Assembly: GCA_046483445.1 (NCBI GenBank)
Contig: JAWODD010000008.1
Span: forward strand, 752-64,751
Reading direction: 5' to 3'
Length of the DNA stretch: 64,000 nt
Source of the DNA: Bacillota bacterium
GTDB lineage: Bacteria > Bacillota > Dethiobacteria > DTU022
Shown here: one piece after another, positions 9,511-18,905 of the stretch
How the letters are laid out: the number at the start of each line of letters is the position of its first letter
Numbering within the stretch: the first letter of the stretch is position 1
The notes under the pieces: generated by a model
What the model was told of the DNA's origin: nothing
The model's input: the letters and a program-made list of their open reading frames with translations, nothing else
The model's database searches: none
Made by a program: the position numbers and the translations under genes

Positions 9511-10812
9511 ATGAGTAAAGTGGATCAGGCGAATCAGGAAGCAGTAAAAAACATGATGATTTCAAGACCGGTTTGGATTGATATTGGCAAGGCCCGGGAG
9601 GTTATCCCCGGCATGAAAGACAACCTTTTTCTCCATGCCGGACCGCCCATTACCTGGGAGAGAATGAGCGGCCCGTTAAAAGGAGCAATTATTGGAGGAT
9701 TGATTTACGAAGGGAAAGCCAAAAGCATAGAAGAAGCAGAAAAAACAGCTGCTTCGGGCGAGATTGAATTCGCCCCATGCCATCATTACAATTCTGTGGG
9801 ACCGATGGCCGGGGTAATTACTCCTTCTCAGACGGTTTTTATCATTGAAGACAAGGAATGGGGTGGTTATACCTATTCCAACATGAACGAAGGTTACGGC
9901 AAAGTTCTGCGTTATGGTGCTTACGATGAAGAAGTAATAAACCGTTTACGCTGGCTTGATCAAGTTTATGCTCAAGTTCTTAAAGAAGCTGTTCATCTGG
10001 CCGGGGGAGTTGATATAAAAACAATTATTGCCCAGGCTCTGCATATGGGTGATGATGCTCATAATCGTAACCGGGCGACCACTTCCCTGTTAATCCGGGC
10101 TATTGCACCGTTTATTGTGGAAACACAGTGGGGTAAAAAGACGGAGTACGATGCACCGCGCCTGGATCTTTCCAACGTATCAGCATACTTTAAAGATAAA
10201 AGAGCCACCGCTGCTGCAGAAGTGCTTGCTTTTATGCACAGCAATGATCTCACCTCGCTGAATGCGATCATGGCTGCCTGCAAAAGCATGGCCCTGGCCG
10301 CCCATGGTGTGGAAAATTCAACTATCATAACCACTATGGCTCGTAACGGAACAGATTTTGGCATCAGGGTTAGCAGTACCGGCGACAAATGGTTTACAGC
10401 TCCGGCCAATGTACCGGATGGGCTTTATTTCTCCGGTTTTAACGCCTCGGACGCGAACCCGGACATAGGGGACAGCGTAATCACCGAAACGGTTGGTGTA
10501 GGGGGTTTTGCCATGGCTGGTGCACCGGCTATAGTTAACTTTATCGGAGGCAAACCGGCCGATGCTTTTGACGCAACCAATGAAATGTATGAGATCACCG
10601 TTGCCGAAAACAGTAACTTTAATATACCGGCCATGGACTTCAAAGGTACACCGACAGGGATTGATGCCCGCAAGGTTGTTGAAAAAAACATTGTCCCCCG
10701 CATTAATACCGGTATAGCCCATAAAGAACCGGGTATTGGTCAGGTCGGTGCCGGTATAGTAAAACCGCCGATGGAAATGTTTATTGATGCATTAAAAGAA
10801 CTGGCAAAGTAA
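9511..10812 (+). CDS. ylbE: DUF1116 family protein (YlbE/AllG-like)
   Basis: Recalled E. coli YlbE strings are matched: LHAGPPI.W..M.GP.KGA, FAPCHH.N.VGPMAG, NEGYGKVLRYGAY, GD..ITET.G.GG, INTGIAHKEPGIGQVGAG. Confidence 0.75.
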   Translation: MSKVDQANQEAVKNMMISRPVWIDIGKAREVIPGMKDNLFLHAGPPITWERMSGPLKGAIIGGLIYEGKAKSIEEAEKTAASGEIEFAPCHHYNSVGPMAGVITPSQTVFIIEDKEWGGYTYSNMNEGYGKVLRYGAYDEEVINRLRWLDQVYAQVLKEAVHLAGGVDIKTIIAQALHMGDDAHNRNRATTSLLIRAIAPFIVETQWGKKTEYDAPRLDLSNVSAYFKDKRATAAAEVLAFMHSNDLTSLNAIMAACKSMALAAHGVENSTIITTMARNGTDFGIRVSSTGDKWFTAPANVPDGLYFSGFNASDANPDIGDSVITETVGVGGFAMAGAPAIVNFIGGKPADAFDATNEMYEITVAENSNFNIPAMDFKGTPTGIDARKVVEKNIVPRINTGIAHKEPGIGQVGAGIVKPPMEMFIDALKELAK

Positions 10813-10871
10813 GATATACTTGGATTAGTTGAACGGCCAGTTTATTTTTAATATGGAGGTGAACCAGGGAT

Positions 10872-11702
10872 ATGCCGTCTTACGATTACTTGAAATGTGT
10901 TGATTTAAAGCAAGCATTTCAACTGCTGGAAAGTAAAGAGCAGGTTTACCCGTTTGCTGGCGGGACTGACCTTCTAAACAACATCCGTAATGGCAAAGTC
11001 AAAACCGATATGCTCTTAGACGTCAAAGAAATTGACGAGATAAAAGTGTTGAGAGAAGTTGAAGAAGGGATGATCATCGGAGCAGGGATTTCGTTAAACG
11101 AAGTAGCCAACTTTGCTCCGCTAAGAAATAATCTTCCCATCTTGGCAGAAGGAGCGCACAGTGTTGGCAGTTATCCGATCCGTAACCGGGCCACACTGGG
11201 CGGAAATATATGCAATGCTTCTCCGGCTGCAGATACTGCCCCACCGCTATACTGCCTGGGTGCATTAGTTAATATAGTTAGCTCCAATCAATCTAGGGCA
11301 ATCCCAATTGAAGAATTTTTTGTTGGGCCGGGTGAAACTGCTCTAAAGAAAGGGGAGCTTGTTCATTCAGTGCTTATTCCCAAACCATTCCCGGACGGAA
11401 AAGGAGTCTATTTGAAGGCTTCCCGAACCGGATCAGTGGATTTGGCCACAGTAGGTGTGGGCGTGCAAAGGTGGGGAAACCAGGTGAAAATTGCAGTTGG
11501 TGCGGTTGCCCCCACGCCGGTCAGAGCCCTTTCGGTAGAAAAAGCGATCAATGAAAATGGCGAGAAGGACTGGGCCAAAGCGGCCAGGTTAGTCCATGAT
11601 GACATCTCTCCCATAACCGATTTAAGAGGGTCTATCGATTACTGCTATCACTTAAGTGAAGTCTTGGTCCGTCGAGGCCTTGAACAGACGATGGGGGTGT
11701 GA
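10872..11702 (+). CDS. molybdenum hydroxylase FAD-binding (medium, CoxM/XdhB-like) subunit
   Basis: FAGGTDLL motif. ~276 aa. Directly precedes the 2Fe-2S and Mo subunits. Confidence 0.8.
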   Translation: MPSYDYLKCVDLKQAFQLLESKEQVYPFAGGTDLLNNIRNGKVKTDMLLDVKEIDEIKVLREVEEGMIIGAGISLNEVANFAPLRNNLPILAEGAHSVGSYPIRNRATLGGNICNASPAADTAPPLYCLGALVNIVSSNQSRAIPIEEFFVGPGETALKKGELVHSVLIPKPFPDGKGVYLKASRTGSVDLATVGVGVQRWGNQVKIAVGAVAPTPVRALSVEKAINENGEKDWAKAARLVHDDISPITDLRGSIDYCYHLSEVLVRRGLEQTMGV

Positions 11703-11704
11703 AA

Positions 11705-12175
11705 ATGTCTGAAAAACTGACCATAAATTTTACTGTAAACGGAGTTAAGGAAACTAAAGAAGCAGCCAGCGGGCAGACCCTGTTAAAATTTATCAGGGAA
11801 GAGCTTCACCTTACCGGAACCAAGGAAGGATGCGAAATCGGCGAATGCGGAGCCTGTGTAGTTCTTTTGGACGGTAAACCGGTTAATTCCTGTCTTGTCC
11901 TGGCAGTTGAGCTGGATCAAAAAGAGTTGATAACCATTGAAGGTTTATCCAAAAATGGAGAACTGGACCGTATCCAACAAGCTTTTATCGATCATGCTGC
12001 TTTCCAGTGCGGTTACTGCACGCCCGGCATGATCATGTCCGCCCGGGCCTTACTTGAACGCAATCCAAACCCGAGTGATGAAGATATAAATGAGGCTTTA
12101 AAAGGCAATCTCTGCCGCTGTGGTGCATACCAGGAAATTAGGGAAGCAGTTAAAGCTTTAGGTAATAAACAGTGA
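11705..12175 (+). CDS. molybdenum hydroxylase (2Fe-2S)-binding small subunit
   Basis: CEIGECGAC, CGYCTPG and CRCGAY cysteine motifs. ATG lies 8 nt after GGGGG. Its start overlaps the upstream stop. Confidence 0.85.
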   Translation: MSEKLTINFTVNGVKETKEAASGQTLLKFIREELHLTGTKEGCEIGECGACVVLLDGKPVNSCLVLAVELDQKELITIEGLSKNGELDRIQQAFIDHAAFQCGYCTPGMIMSARALLERNPNPSDEDINEALKGNLCRCGAYQEIREAVKALGNKQ

Positions 12176-12194
12176 GAAAGGAGGAATAAAAGGG

Positions 12195-14498
12195 ATGGCG
12201 GAACTAAAACATGTAGGAACCTCGTTACCGCGTAAAGATGCCGTGGAAAAAGTAACCGGCAGTGCAAAATTCATCGAAGATTTATATATCGGGCCGATGC
12301 TCCATGCCAAGATTAAAAAGAGCACTGTCGCTCACGGCAAGATAATAAATATCAATACTGAAAAAGCGCGGTCTCATCCCGGTGTCAAGGCTGTTCTAAC
12401 CGGGAAAGAGTACCCGAACAGGATTGGGCTTTACTTGATTGATAGAAATTTTTTAGCAGTCGACAAGGTTCGTTACTGGGGAGAGCCGGTTGCCGTAGTC
12501 GCTGCGGTTTCGGAGGAAGCAGCCAAAGAAGGGGCTGAGATGATCGAAGTTGAATATGAAGAGCTGCCCGGGGTTTTTGATCCGCGTGAAGGGATGAAGC
12601 CGGATGCGCCACTGATCCATGAAGATCTCGGCAACTATGAGATTGTTCCCATATTCTTCCCTAAACCCGGGACAAATATCGCCAACCATTTTAAAGTTCG
12701 CAAAGGGGATATTGAAAAAGGTTTTGAAGAGGCTGATTTTGTGGTAGAAAACGACTACTATGTACCCCAGATGCAGCATGTGCCGATAGAAACCCACAAA
12801 GCGGCCGCCCACTGGGGAGCCGACGGAAAGCTGACTGTTTGGAGCACCGCCCAGTCTCCGAATGTCGTTCGCCAGCTTCTGGCTAAATCTTTTGAAATGC
12901 CCATGCACAAAATCAGGGTTATTTCCAACTATATCGGCGGGGGATTTGGCTGCAAGGCAGGAGCTTCTATAGAAGGCCTGGTTGTTCCCCTGGCCAGGAT
13001 GTTTCCCGGTCATGTAGTGCGCATTGTTTTTTCCAGGGAAGAAGATATGCAGGGGAGCTTTACCCGCCAGGCTCTGTATTCGAAACTTAAAACGGGAGTG
13101 CGCAAAGATGGCCGCATAACCGCCCTGGAATATAATATGGTCTGGGATGGGGGCGCTTACACCGAGTACGGTGTTAATATTGTCCGGGCCGCCGGTTATA
13201 GTTCAAGTGGCGCTTACGACATTCCCAACATTAAAACCGATTCCTATTGTGTTTATACAAACAATTCTATTGGGGGGCCGCTGCGTGGTTTCGGGATGAG
13301 CGAAATGCAGTGGGGCATTGAACGGCAGCTTGACGAAATCGCCAAAAAGCTGAACATGGACCCGTTGGAAGTGCGCCTAATTAACGGCATGAAAGAAGGT
13401 TCAACTACGGCATCCGGGCAGGAAGTTCACCATGTTGCCTATGATAAATGCCTGAAAACCGTGGCTGATAAGATTGGATGGAACAAAAAAGAAGGTAAAT
13501 ATCGCGGCAAGGGTATTGCCGGCCTGGTTAAATGTCCAGCTCAGCCAAGCAACGCCGCTTCTTCAGCAATTATCCGCATTAACGAAGACGGTACAGCTCA
13601 TGTTATGGTCGGAGCTTCCGAAATGGGCCAGGGCATGCTTACTGCAATGACTCAGATCGCCGCCGAAGCGCTGAATATCACCACTGACAGAATTGAAATC
13701 AAAGTCCCCGATACTGATTTTACTCCTTATGACTGGCAAAGTGTGGGCAGCAGGGTAACCTATACCTCCGGCCTTGCCGTAAAACGTGCCGCTGAAGACG
13801 CTCTTGGACAGATCTACAGGATTGCTGCTGATTTGATGGAACTGCCTGAAGATGAACTTACTTTTGATGGTAATAAGATCTACTGGACAAAAGATAAGAA
13901 TAGAAAAGCAACTTTACGCGAGGTTGCCGACAGTTGCAAAAAGTGTACTGGTGAAGGTATAGCCGGGCCAATAATCGGCCGGGGGTCCTTTGTGCCAAAT
14001 AATATGACCAACCTGGATCCGGAAACCGGACAGGGTAACCCCGGTATGTTCTACTGTTTCGGAGCCACTGGTGTCGAAGTGGAAGTAGATCCGGAAACAG
14101 GAAAAATCAAGATCCTGCAGTTGGCCAGCTCAATTGATGCCGGAAAAGCGGTTAACCCGCAGTTGTGTCATGTTCAGCTGCACGGCGGGACAATCATGGG
14201 CCTTTCCACCGCCCTTTTTGAAGAACTCCATTTCGACAAAGGGGTTATTCTGAACCGGAACTTTACCGACTACAAAATCTCTACTATAGATAACACTCCG
14301 CATATCGACAGTTTCGTGATTGAAACGCCCGAGGAAAAGGGGCCATACGGTGTTAGAGGTATTGGTGAACAACCGATGATCGGAGTGGCTCCGGCTGTAG
14401 CCAATGCTGTTTTTGACGCTATAGGCATAAAGTTTAATAGTTTCCCCCTTACTCCGCAACGGGTCTGGCAGGCTATAAAAGAGAATGAGGAAAAATAA
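12195..14498 (+). CDS. molybdopterin-binding large subunit of a xanthine dehydrogenase/aldehyde oxidase family enzyme
   Basis: 767 aa with a/b-hammerhead plus MoCo-binding regions (GGGFG, GASEMGQG, IDAGKAVNP, GIGEQP). Confidence 0.85.
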   Translation: MAELKHVGTSLPRKDAVEKVTGSAKFIEDLYIGPMLHAKIKKSTVAHGKIININTEKARSHPGVKAVLTGKEYPNRIGLYLIDRNFLAVDKVRYWGEPVAVVAAVSEEAAKEGAEMIEVEYEELPGVFDPREGMKPDAPLIHEDLGNYEIVPIFFPKPGTNIANHFKVRKGDIEKGFEEADFVVENDYYVPQMQHVPIETHKAAAHWGADGKLTVWSTAQSPNVVRQLLAKSFEMPMHKIRVISNYIGGGFGCKAGASIEGLVVPLARMFPGHVVRIVFSREEDMQGSFTRQALYSKLKTGVRKDGRITALEYNMVWDGGAYTEYGVNIVRAAGYSSSGAYDIPNIKTDSYCVYTNNSIGGPLRGFGMSEMQWGIERQLDEIAKKLNMDPLEVRLINGMKEGSTTASGQEVHHVAYDKCLKTVADKIGWNKKEGKYRGKGIAGLVKCPAQPSNAASSAIIRINEDGTAHVMVGASEMGQGMLTAMTQIAAEALNITTDRIEIKVPDTDFTPYDWQSVGSRVTYTSGLAVKRAAEDALGQIYRIAADLMELPEDELTFDGNKIYWTKDKNRKATLREVADSCKKCTGEGIAGPIIGRGSFVPNNMTNLDPETGQGNPGMFYCFGATGVEVEVDPETGKIKILQLASSIDAGKAVNPQLCHVQLHGGTIMGLSTALFEELHFDKGVILNRNFTDYKISTIDNTPHIDSFVIETPEEKGPYGVRGIGEQPMIGVAPAVANAVFDAIGIKFNSFPLTPQRVWQAIKENEEK

Positions 14499-14788
14499 GG
14501 AAAAAGCTGTTTTTTCGAGCTTGAAAACCATTTTTTACCAGCGCATTTATTTAGAAGCAGAGGGGACATACTAACTATGAGCTGATTAGTATGGGATAGC
14601 TTTCTTTGTACTGTTGTTTAGAATTCAAACCGCCGGTTGTTGTTTCTTTTTTACGGCGCCGGCGGAAAAACTACTTTACTTTTGTAAACTGGCCATAGAA
14701 TCTTGGCTGCAGGACAATGTATTTGACTATCCAGGGTTAGGATATGCCAAATTAAAGCAATAAAGAATTATTTGGTAGGAGGCGTGCT

Positions 14789-15643
14789 ATGGTACTGGTT
14801 ACCGGAGCAGCCGGGAAAACGGGAAAAGCTGTGATAAAAGCCCTGCATCAGCGTGGGGTTTCTGTAAAAGCCTGGGTGAGGAACTCTTCGCAAATTGAAC
14901 TGGCTAAAGCCCGGGGAGCAAAAGAAGTTGTAGTAGGAGATATGCAAGAAACAAATTTATATAAAAAGGCTGTTAGAGGAGTAACGGCGATCTATCATAT
15001 TTGCCCCAACTTATATCCTTATGAAATTCAACTTGGGCAGTTAGCTTTGCAAGCCGCCCTGGAAGTCGCTGATATTCACTTTGTTTATCATTCGGTATTA
15101 CACCCTCAAACAGAAAAGATGCCGCATCACTGGCAAAAGTTGCGGGTAGAAGAGATGATTTTTGAAGCAGAGCTTGACTTTACCATACTGCAGCCCTCGG
15201 CATATATGCAAAATATACTGACAAACCGGAAAGCCATTACTGAAGAAGGCGTTTACCGGATACCTTATCCGGTGGAAACCAGGCTTAGTATGGTGGATTT
15301 GAATGATGTTGCAGAAGTAGCAGCAATAGTTTTAACCGAAAGTAGTCACCGGGGTGCCATTTATGAGCTGGCAGGAGCGGAAGCTCTCACCCAGTTAGAA
15401 GTAGCTGATATTTTATCTTCCGTATGCAATTATCCCGTAGCGGTTGAGCAGCAGTCCATATCTGATTGGAAACAGAAAGCCTCGGAAGCCGGGCTGGGAG
15501 ATTATCAGATAGAAGCCCTGAATAAGATGTTTGATTATTATGCCTGCTTTGGTCTTCCCGGTAATGCCAATGTTTTACGTTGGATATTGAATAGAAAGCC
15601 TACAAAATTTAAAGCTTTCGCTGAAAGGGAATTCCCCGCGTAA
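14789..15643 (+). CDS. NmrA-like / atypical SDR NAD(P)H-binding protein
   Basis: N-terminal VLVTGAAGKTGKAV Rossmann motif. AGGAGG RBS. Confidence 0.65.
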   Translation: MVLVTGAAGKTGKAVIKALHQRGVSVKAWVRNSSQIELAKARGAKEVVVGDMQETNLYKKAVRGVTAIYHICPNLYPYEIQLGQLALQAALEVADIHFVYHSVLHPQTEKMPHHWQKLRVEEMIFEAELDFTILQPSAYMQNILTNRKAITEEGVYRIPYPVETRLSMVDLNDVAEVAAIVLTESSHRGAIYELAGAEALTQLEVADILSSVCNYPVAVEQQSISDWKQKASEAGLGDYQIEALNKMFDYYACFGLPGNANVLRWILNRKPTKFKAFAEREFPA

Positions 15644-15650
15644 TTAATTT

Positions 15651-16595
15651 TTAGCTGGTGATTAAAGTGCCGGTTTCTTCATCTAATGCTTTGATTGAAT
15701 TGAACAGGGAAGTTATAATGGCTTTTTTACCGGGATTTTCTTTAACATAAGCTACGGCAGCCTGGATTTTCGGCAGCATACTGCCGGGAGCAAAGTGACC
15801 CTCTTTTATATACTTTTCCGCCTCTTCTACACAAATGTGATCCAGATCCTTTTGATCAGGTTGATTAAAATTAAGGGCAACTTTATCTACTTCGGTAAGA
15901 ATCATCAAGATATCGGCCTCGATGTCACTGGCGAGCCGGGAAGCAGCCAGATCTTTGTCGATTACCGCGGCAATTCCCTGCAGGGAACCGTCTTCCGCTT
16001 CAATAACGGGAATCCCTCCCCCTCCTGCGGTGATTACGATTGTCGTGTCCCAGAGCTCTTTTAAACATGAAAATTCAACAATTCGCTGAGGCACTGGCGA
16101 AGCCACTACTCTTCGCCAGCCTCTGCCGGTTTCATTGGCCATTATGTAACCCTTTTCCCGGGCTATTTTTCCCGCTTCTTCTTTTGAGTAAAAAGGGCCA
16201 ATTGGCTTGCTGGGATTGTCAAAGGCCGGGTCGTCTTTACAGACTACCACCTGGGTAACAATGGTAGTGACCGGTATGTTTCTGCTTTTTTGCAGTAAAC
16301 AAAAGCGTAAAGCCTGTTGAATATGATAGCCGATGTAGCCCTGGCTCATTGCTCCGCAAACATCTAAAGGCATTGGCGGGACAATATCCGCGGAATTTTC
16401 GCTGGTTAAGACAATATTACCTACCTGGGGACCGTTACCGTGCACGATGGCCAGTTCGTTTCCCCGGTAGCTCATTTCGGCTAAATATTCGGAAGTCTTA
16501 TAGACTACCGATAGCTGCTCTTCAGCGCTTGCAGGGGCTCCCTTTCTTAAAAGTGCATTTCCCCCCAAAGCTACCACAACCCTTGTCGGTCTCAT
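15651..16595 (-). CDS. arcC: carbamate kinase (paralog 2)
   Basis: VVALGGNALL...VHGNGPQVG...GGGGIPV. Convergent with the NmrA-like gene, with only 7 nt between stops. Confidence 0.85.
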   Translation of the reverse strand: MRPTRVVVALGGNALLRKGAPASAEEQLSVVYKTSEYLAEMSYRGNELAIVHGNGPQVGNIVLTSENSADIVPPMPLDVCGAMSQGYIGYHIQQALRFCLLQKSRNIPVTTIVTQVVVCKDDPAFDNPSKPIGPFYSKEEAGKIAREKGYIMANETGRGWRRVVASPVPQRIVEFSCLKELWDTTIVITAGGGGIPVIEAEDGSLQGIAAVIDKDLAASRLASDIEADILMILTEVDKVALNFNQPDQKDLDHICVEEAEKYIKEGHFAPGSMLPKIQAAVAYVKENPGKKAIITSLFNSIKALDEETGTLITS

Positions 16596-16820
16596 TATTT
16601 AAGCCTCCATAATAACTTGATATGTTTTAATTGTAACACAACTTATCTCAATTATCATATATTGGAAGCTAAAACCTAAAAGTTTCTAGATTCGACAGTT
16701 ACACCAAGAGAAGGGTTTTTATTGTAATTGCCTTGAATAAGTTTTTTGTATGTGTTATAAAGGAAATAGGCGAAATTTGTAGCTTGAGGCTAATATAGGA
16801 AAAAATAAGGAGGGAATGAA

Positions 16821-18326
16821 ATGAGTCCGAACGGTTTTTTTGAACACTTGATAGAATGGTTCACTGTGCAATTTCCCCAGTTTTTAGGAGCAATCGCTAT
16901 TCTGGTAGTAGGTTGGCTGGTTGCCCTGATTTTGGCCTCCATTGTCAGAGGGGCCTTTCGCCGCACCCAGGCTGGCGCAAAATTGGCTCGCTGGATTAAA
17001 GGTGACGAAGAGGCTACCGGCACAGAGGTCAACAAGTGGAGCGGCCGGATTATGTTTTATCTGGTCATGTTTTTTGTCCTTGTCGCATTCTTCCAATTCT
17101 TGGATTTAACTTTTATCGCGGAACCGTTGACAGCGTTTTTAACCCGGATATTTGAGTATGCCCCGCGCATCTTCGGAGCGGCAATCTTGATTCTGGTTGC
17201 CTGGTTGGTGGCTACTATCCTGCGAATTATTGTCTACCGGATCCTGGAAGCAACCAAAATTGATGAGCGTTATACCGACCTTAGCGGTGATGAAAAAGAA
17301 AGGAAATTGCAGCTTTCCCAGTCCCTGAGCAATGTGGTCTTTTGGGTTACTTTCCTGCTTTTTGTCCCTGCAATATTAAGCACTCTCACTTTGGAAGGGC
17401 TGCTTGTTCCCGTGCAGGGGATGTTCGAGGTTGTTCTTTCCTACCTGCCAAATATTTTTGGGGCTGCCTTAATCATCCTTTTGGGTTGGCTTGGCGCCAG
17501 GATTCTGCAAAGGATAGTAGCAAACTTGCTTTCGGCGGTTGGCCTGGATCGCCTTGGTGAAAGGGAAGATGTTTCTTCCTATTTTGGAACCAGGAAACCG
17601 TCTGAAATTCTTGGATTGCTGGTTTATGTGGTAGTGGTTGTATTTGCCATCATTGGAGCGTTGAATGCCCTGGCCTTGGAAGCAATTACCCGTCCGGCCA
17701 GCAACATGCTGGAAATGATCTTAGAGGCACTGCCGGCTGTGTTTGCCGCAGCAGTGGTTCTGGGTATTGCCCTGATGGTTGGCCGGGTAGTAGCAGGCCT
17801 GGTTAATAAATTGTTAACAGCAATTGGCTTTGACGAATTTTTGACCCGCATGGGTATTGCCCGGTCTACAACTGAAGGGGCCAGATCTCCTTCTGAAATT
17901 GCCGGTTATGTTGTCCTGGTGGCAATTATGCTGTTTGCTTCCATTGAAGCTGCAGGATTGCTTGGATTTGCGGTGCTGGCTGATTTAATTGCCAAGCTTA
18001 CTGTCCTGCTGGGCCGTGTAGTTGTATCGGTAGTTATCTTTGGCATTGGCCTTTATCTGGGAGGATTGGCCAAGGAAGTGGTGCAAACCAGCGGCGGTCC
18101 GCATGCTGACTTTTTGGCCAAGTTGGCCAGATTGGCAATTTTAGTTCTGGCCGGTTCCATTGCTCTGCAGCAGCTCGGAGTAGCCAATGAGATCATTGTC
18201 ATTGCCTTTGGTATCTTAGTGGGAGCAATAGCCTTGACCGGGGTCATTGCTTTTGGCCTTGGTGGAAGAGACCTGGCTGCAAGAGAACTTTCCGAGTGGG
18301 TAGAGAATTTTAAGAAACAAGAATAA
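16821..18326 (+). CDS. membrane protein built from about five 'conserved TM helix' repeats (MscS-N-terminal-like)
   Basis: A recurring unit I(F/L)GA(A/I)..L.VGWL.A.I....V is seen at least five times along 501 aa. Confidence 0.55.
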   Translation: MSPNGFFEHLIEWFTVQFPQFLGAIAILVVGWLVALILASIVRGAFRRTQAGAKLARWIKGDEEATGTEVNKWSGRIMFYLVMFFVLVAFFQFLDLTFIAEPLTAFLTRIFEYAPRIFGAAILILVAWLVATILRIIVYRILEATKIDERYTDLSGDEKERKLQLSQSLSNVVFWVTFLLFVPAILSTLTLEGLLVPVQGMFEVVLSYLPNIFGAALIILLGWLGARILQRIVANLLSAVGLDRLGEREDVSSYFGTRKPSEILGLLVYVVVVVFAIIGALNALALEAITRPASNMLEMILEALPAVFAAAVVLGIALMVGRVVAGLVNKLLTAIGFDEFLTRMGIARSTTEGARSPSEIAGYVVLVAIMLFASIEAAGLLGFAVLADLIAKLTVLLGRVVVSVVIFGIGLYLGGLAKEVVQTSGGPHADFLAKLARLAILVLAGSIALQQLGVANEIIVIAFGILVGAIALTGVIAFGLGGRDLAARELSEWVENFKKQE

Positions 18327-18390
18327 TCAAGGCTGTGGCAGGCTGCTTTATCAGGATATAGTTTGCCTGGCAAAATCGAGTAAGTAAACG

Positions 18391-18430
18391 GGCCGGTCCT
18401 TTCCTTTAGAAAGGGTCGGCCTGAATTTCT
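18391..18430 (+). terminator. putative Rho-independent terminator
   Basis: 13-bp stem GGCCGGTCCTTTC/GAAAGGGTCGGCC (2 G-U pairs), then a U-rich UGAAUUUCUU. Confidence 0.55.
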
Positions 18431-18574
18431 TGATCTGCTAAGAGATCAGTTATTGCAAAAATGCTTGAGTTTTTGTAAATTAACAGAGCAATAAAAAGGA
18501 AATAGAGTTTGCAAAAGCGAATTAATCAATAAAGCAAGGTGGTAATTTATCTTGTGTAAAGGGAGGGTAAGGCT

Positions 18575-18769
18575 ATGAAGCCAAAAGTTGTTGTGATCCT
18601 GGTGCTTGTGATTTTGTTTTTAATCATTTTGATCCAAAATACTCATGTCACCGACCTGCACCTGTTTTTTTGGAGTATAAGGATGTCTCAAATTATTTTA
18701 ATTGCGCTTTTTTTAGTAGGCGGCTTTATTACCGGCTACCTGACTTCGATGCTGACCAGGAAACGGTAG
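18575..18769 (+). CDS. LapA-domain (DUF1049) small membrane protein
   Basis: Two TM segments with the ...IQNTHVTDLHLFFW... pattern. GGGAGGG RBS. Confidence 0.55.
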   Translation: MKPKVVVILVLVILFLIILIQNTHVTDLHLFFWSIRMSQIILIALFLVGGFITGYLTSMLTRKR

Positions 18770-18905
18770 GATCAAGATTAGGCCGGATTTGAAGCAAAGC
18801 CGAACAGATCATCCGAATTTAAGGCCTTACTAGGCATTTGTTTTTCCCTCTACCTAAATTATAACAACTATTTTTAGCCAAGTGGTGATCGGAGGTTGTT
18901 CTAGA

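Noticed and set aside
12385-13013. Minus-strand ORFs 12453..13013 (186 aa) and 12385..12612, inside the Mo-subunit gene.
   Set aside because: They are antisense to a well-supported CDS, with no motif or RBS.
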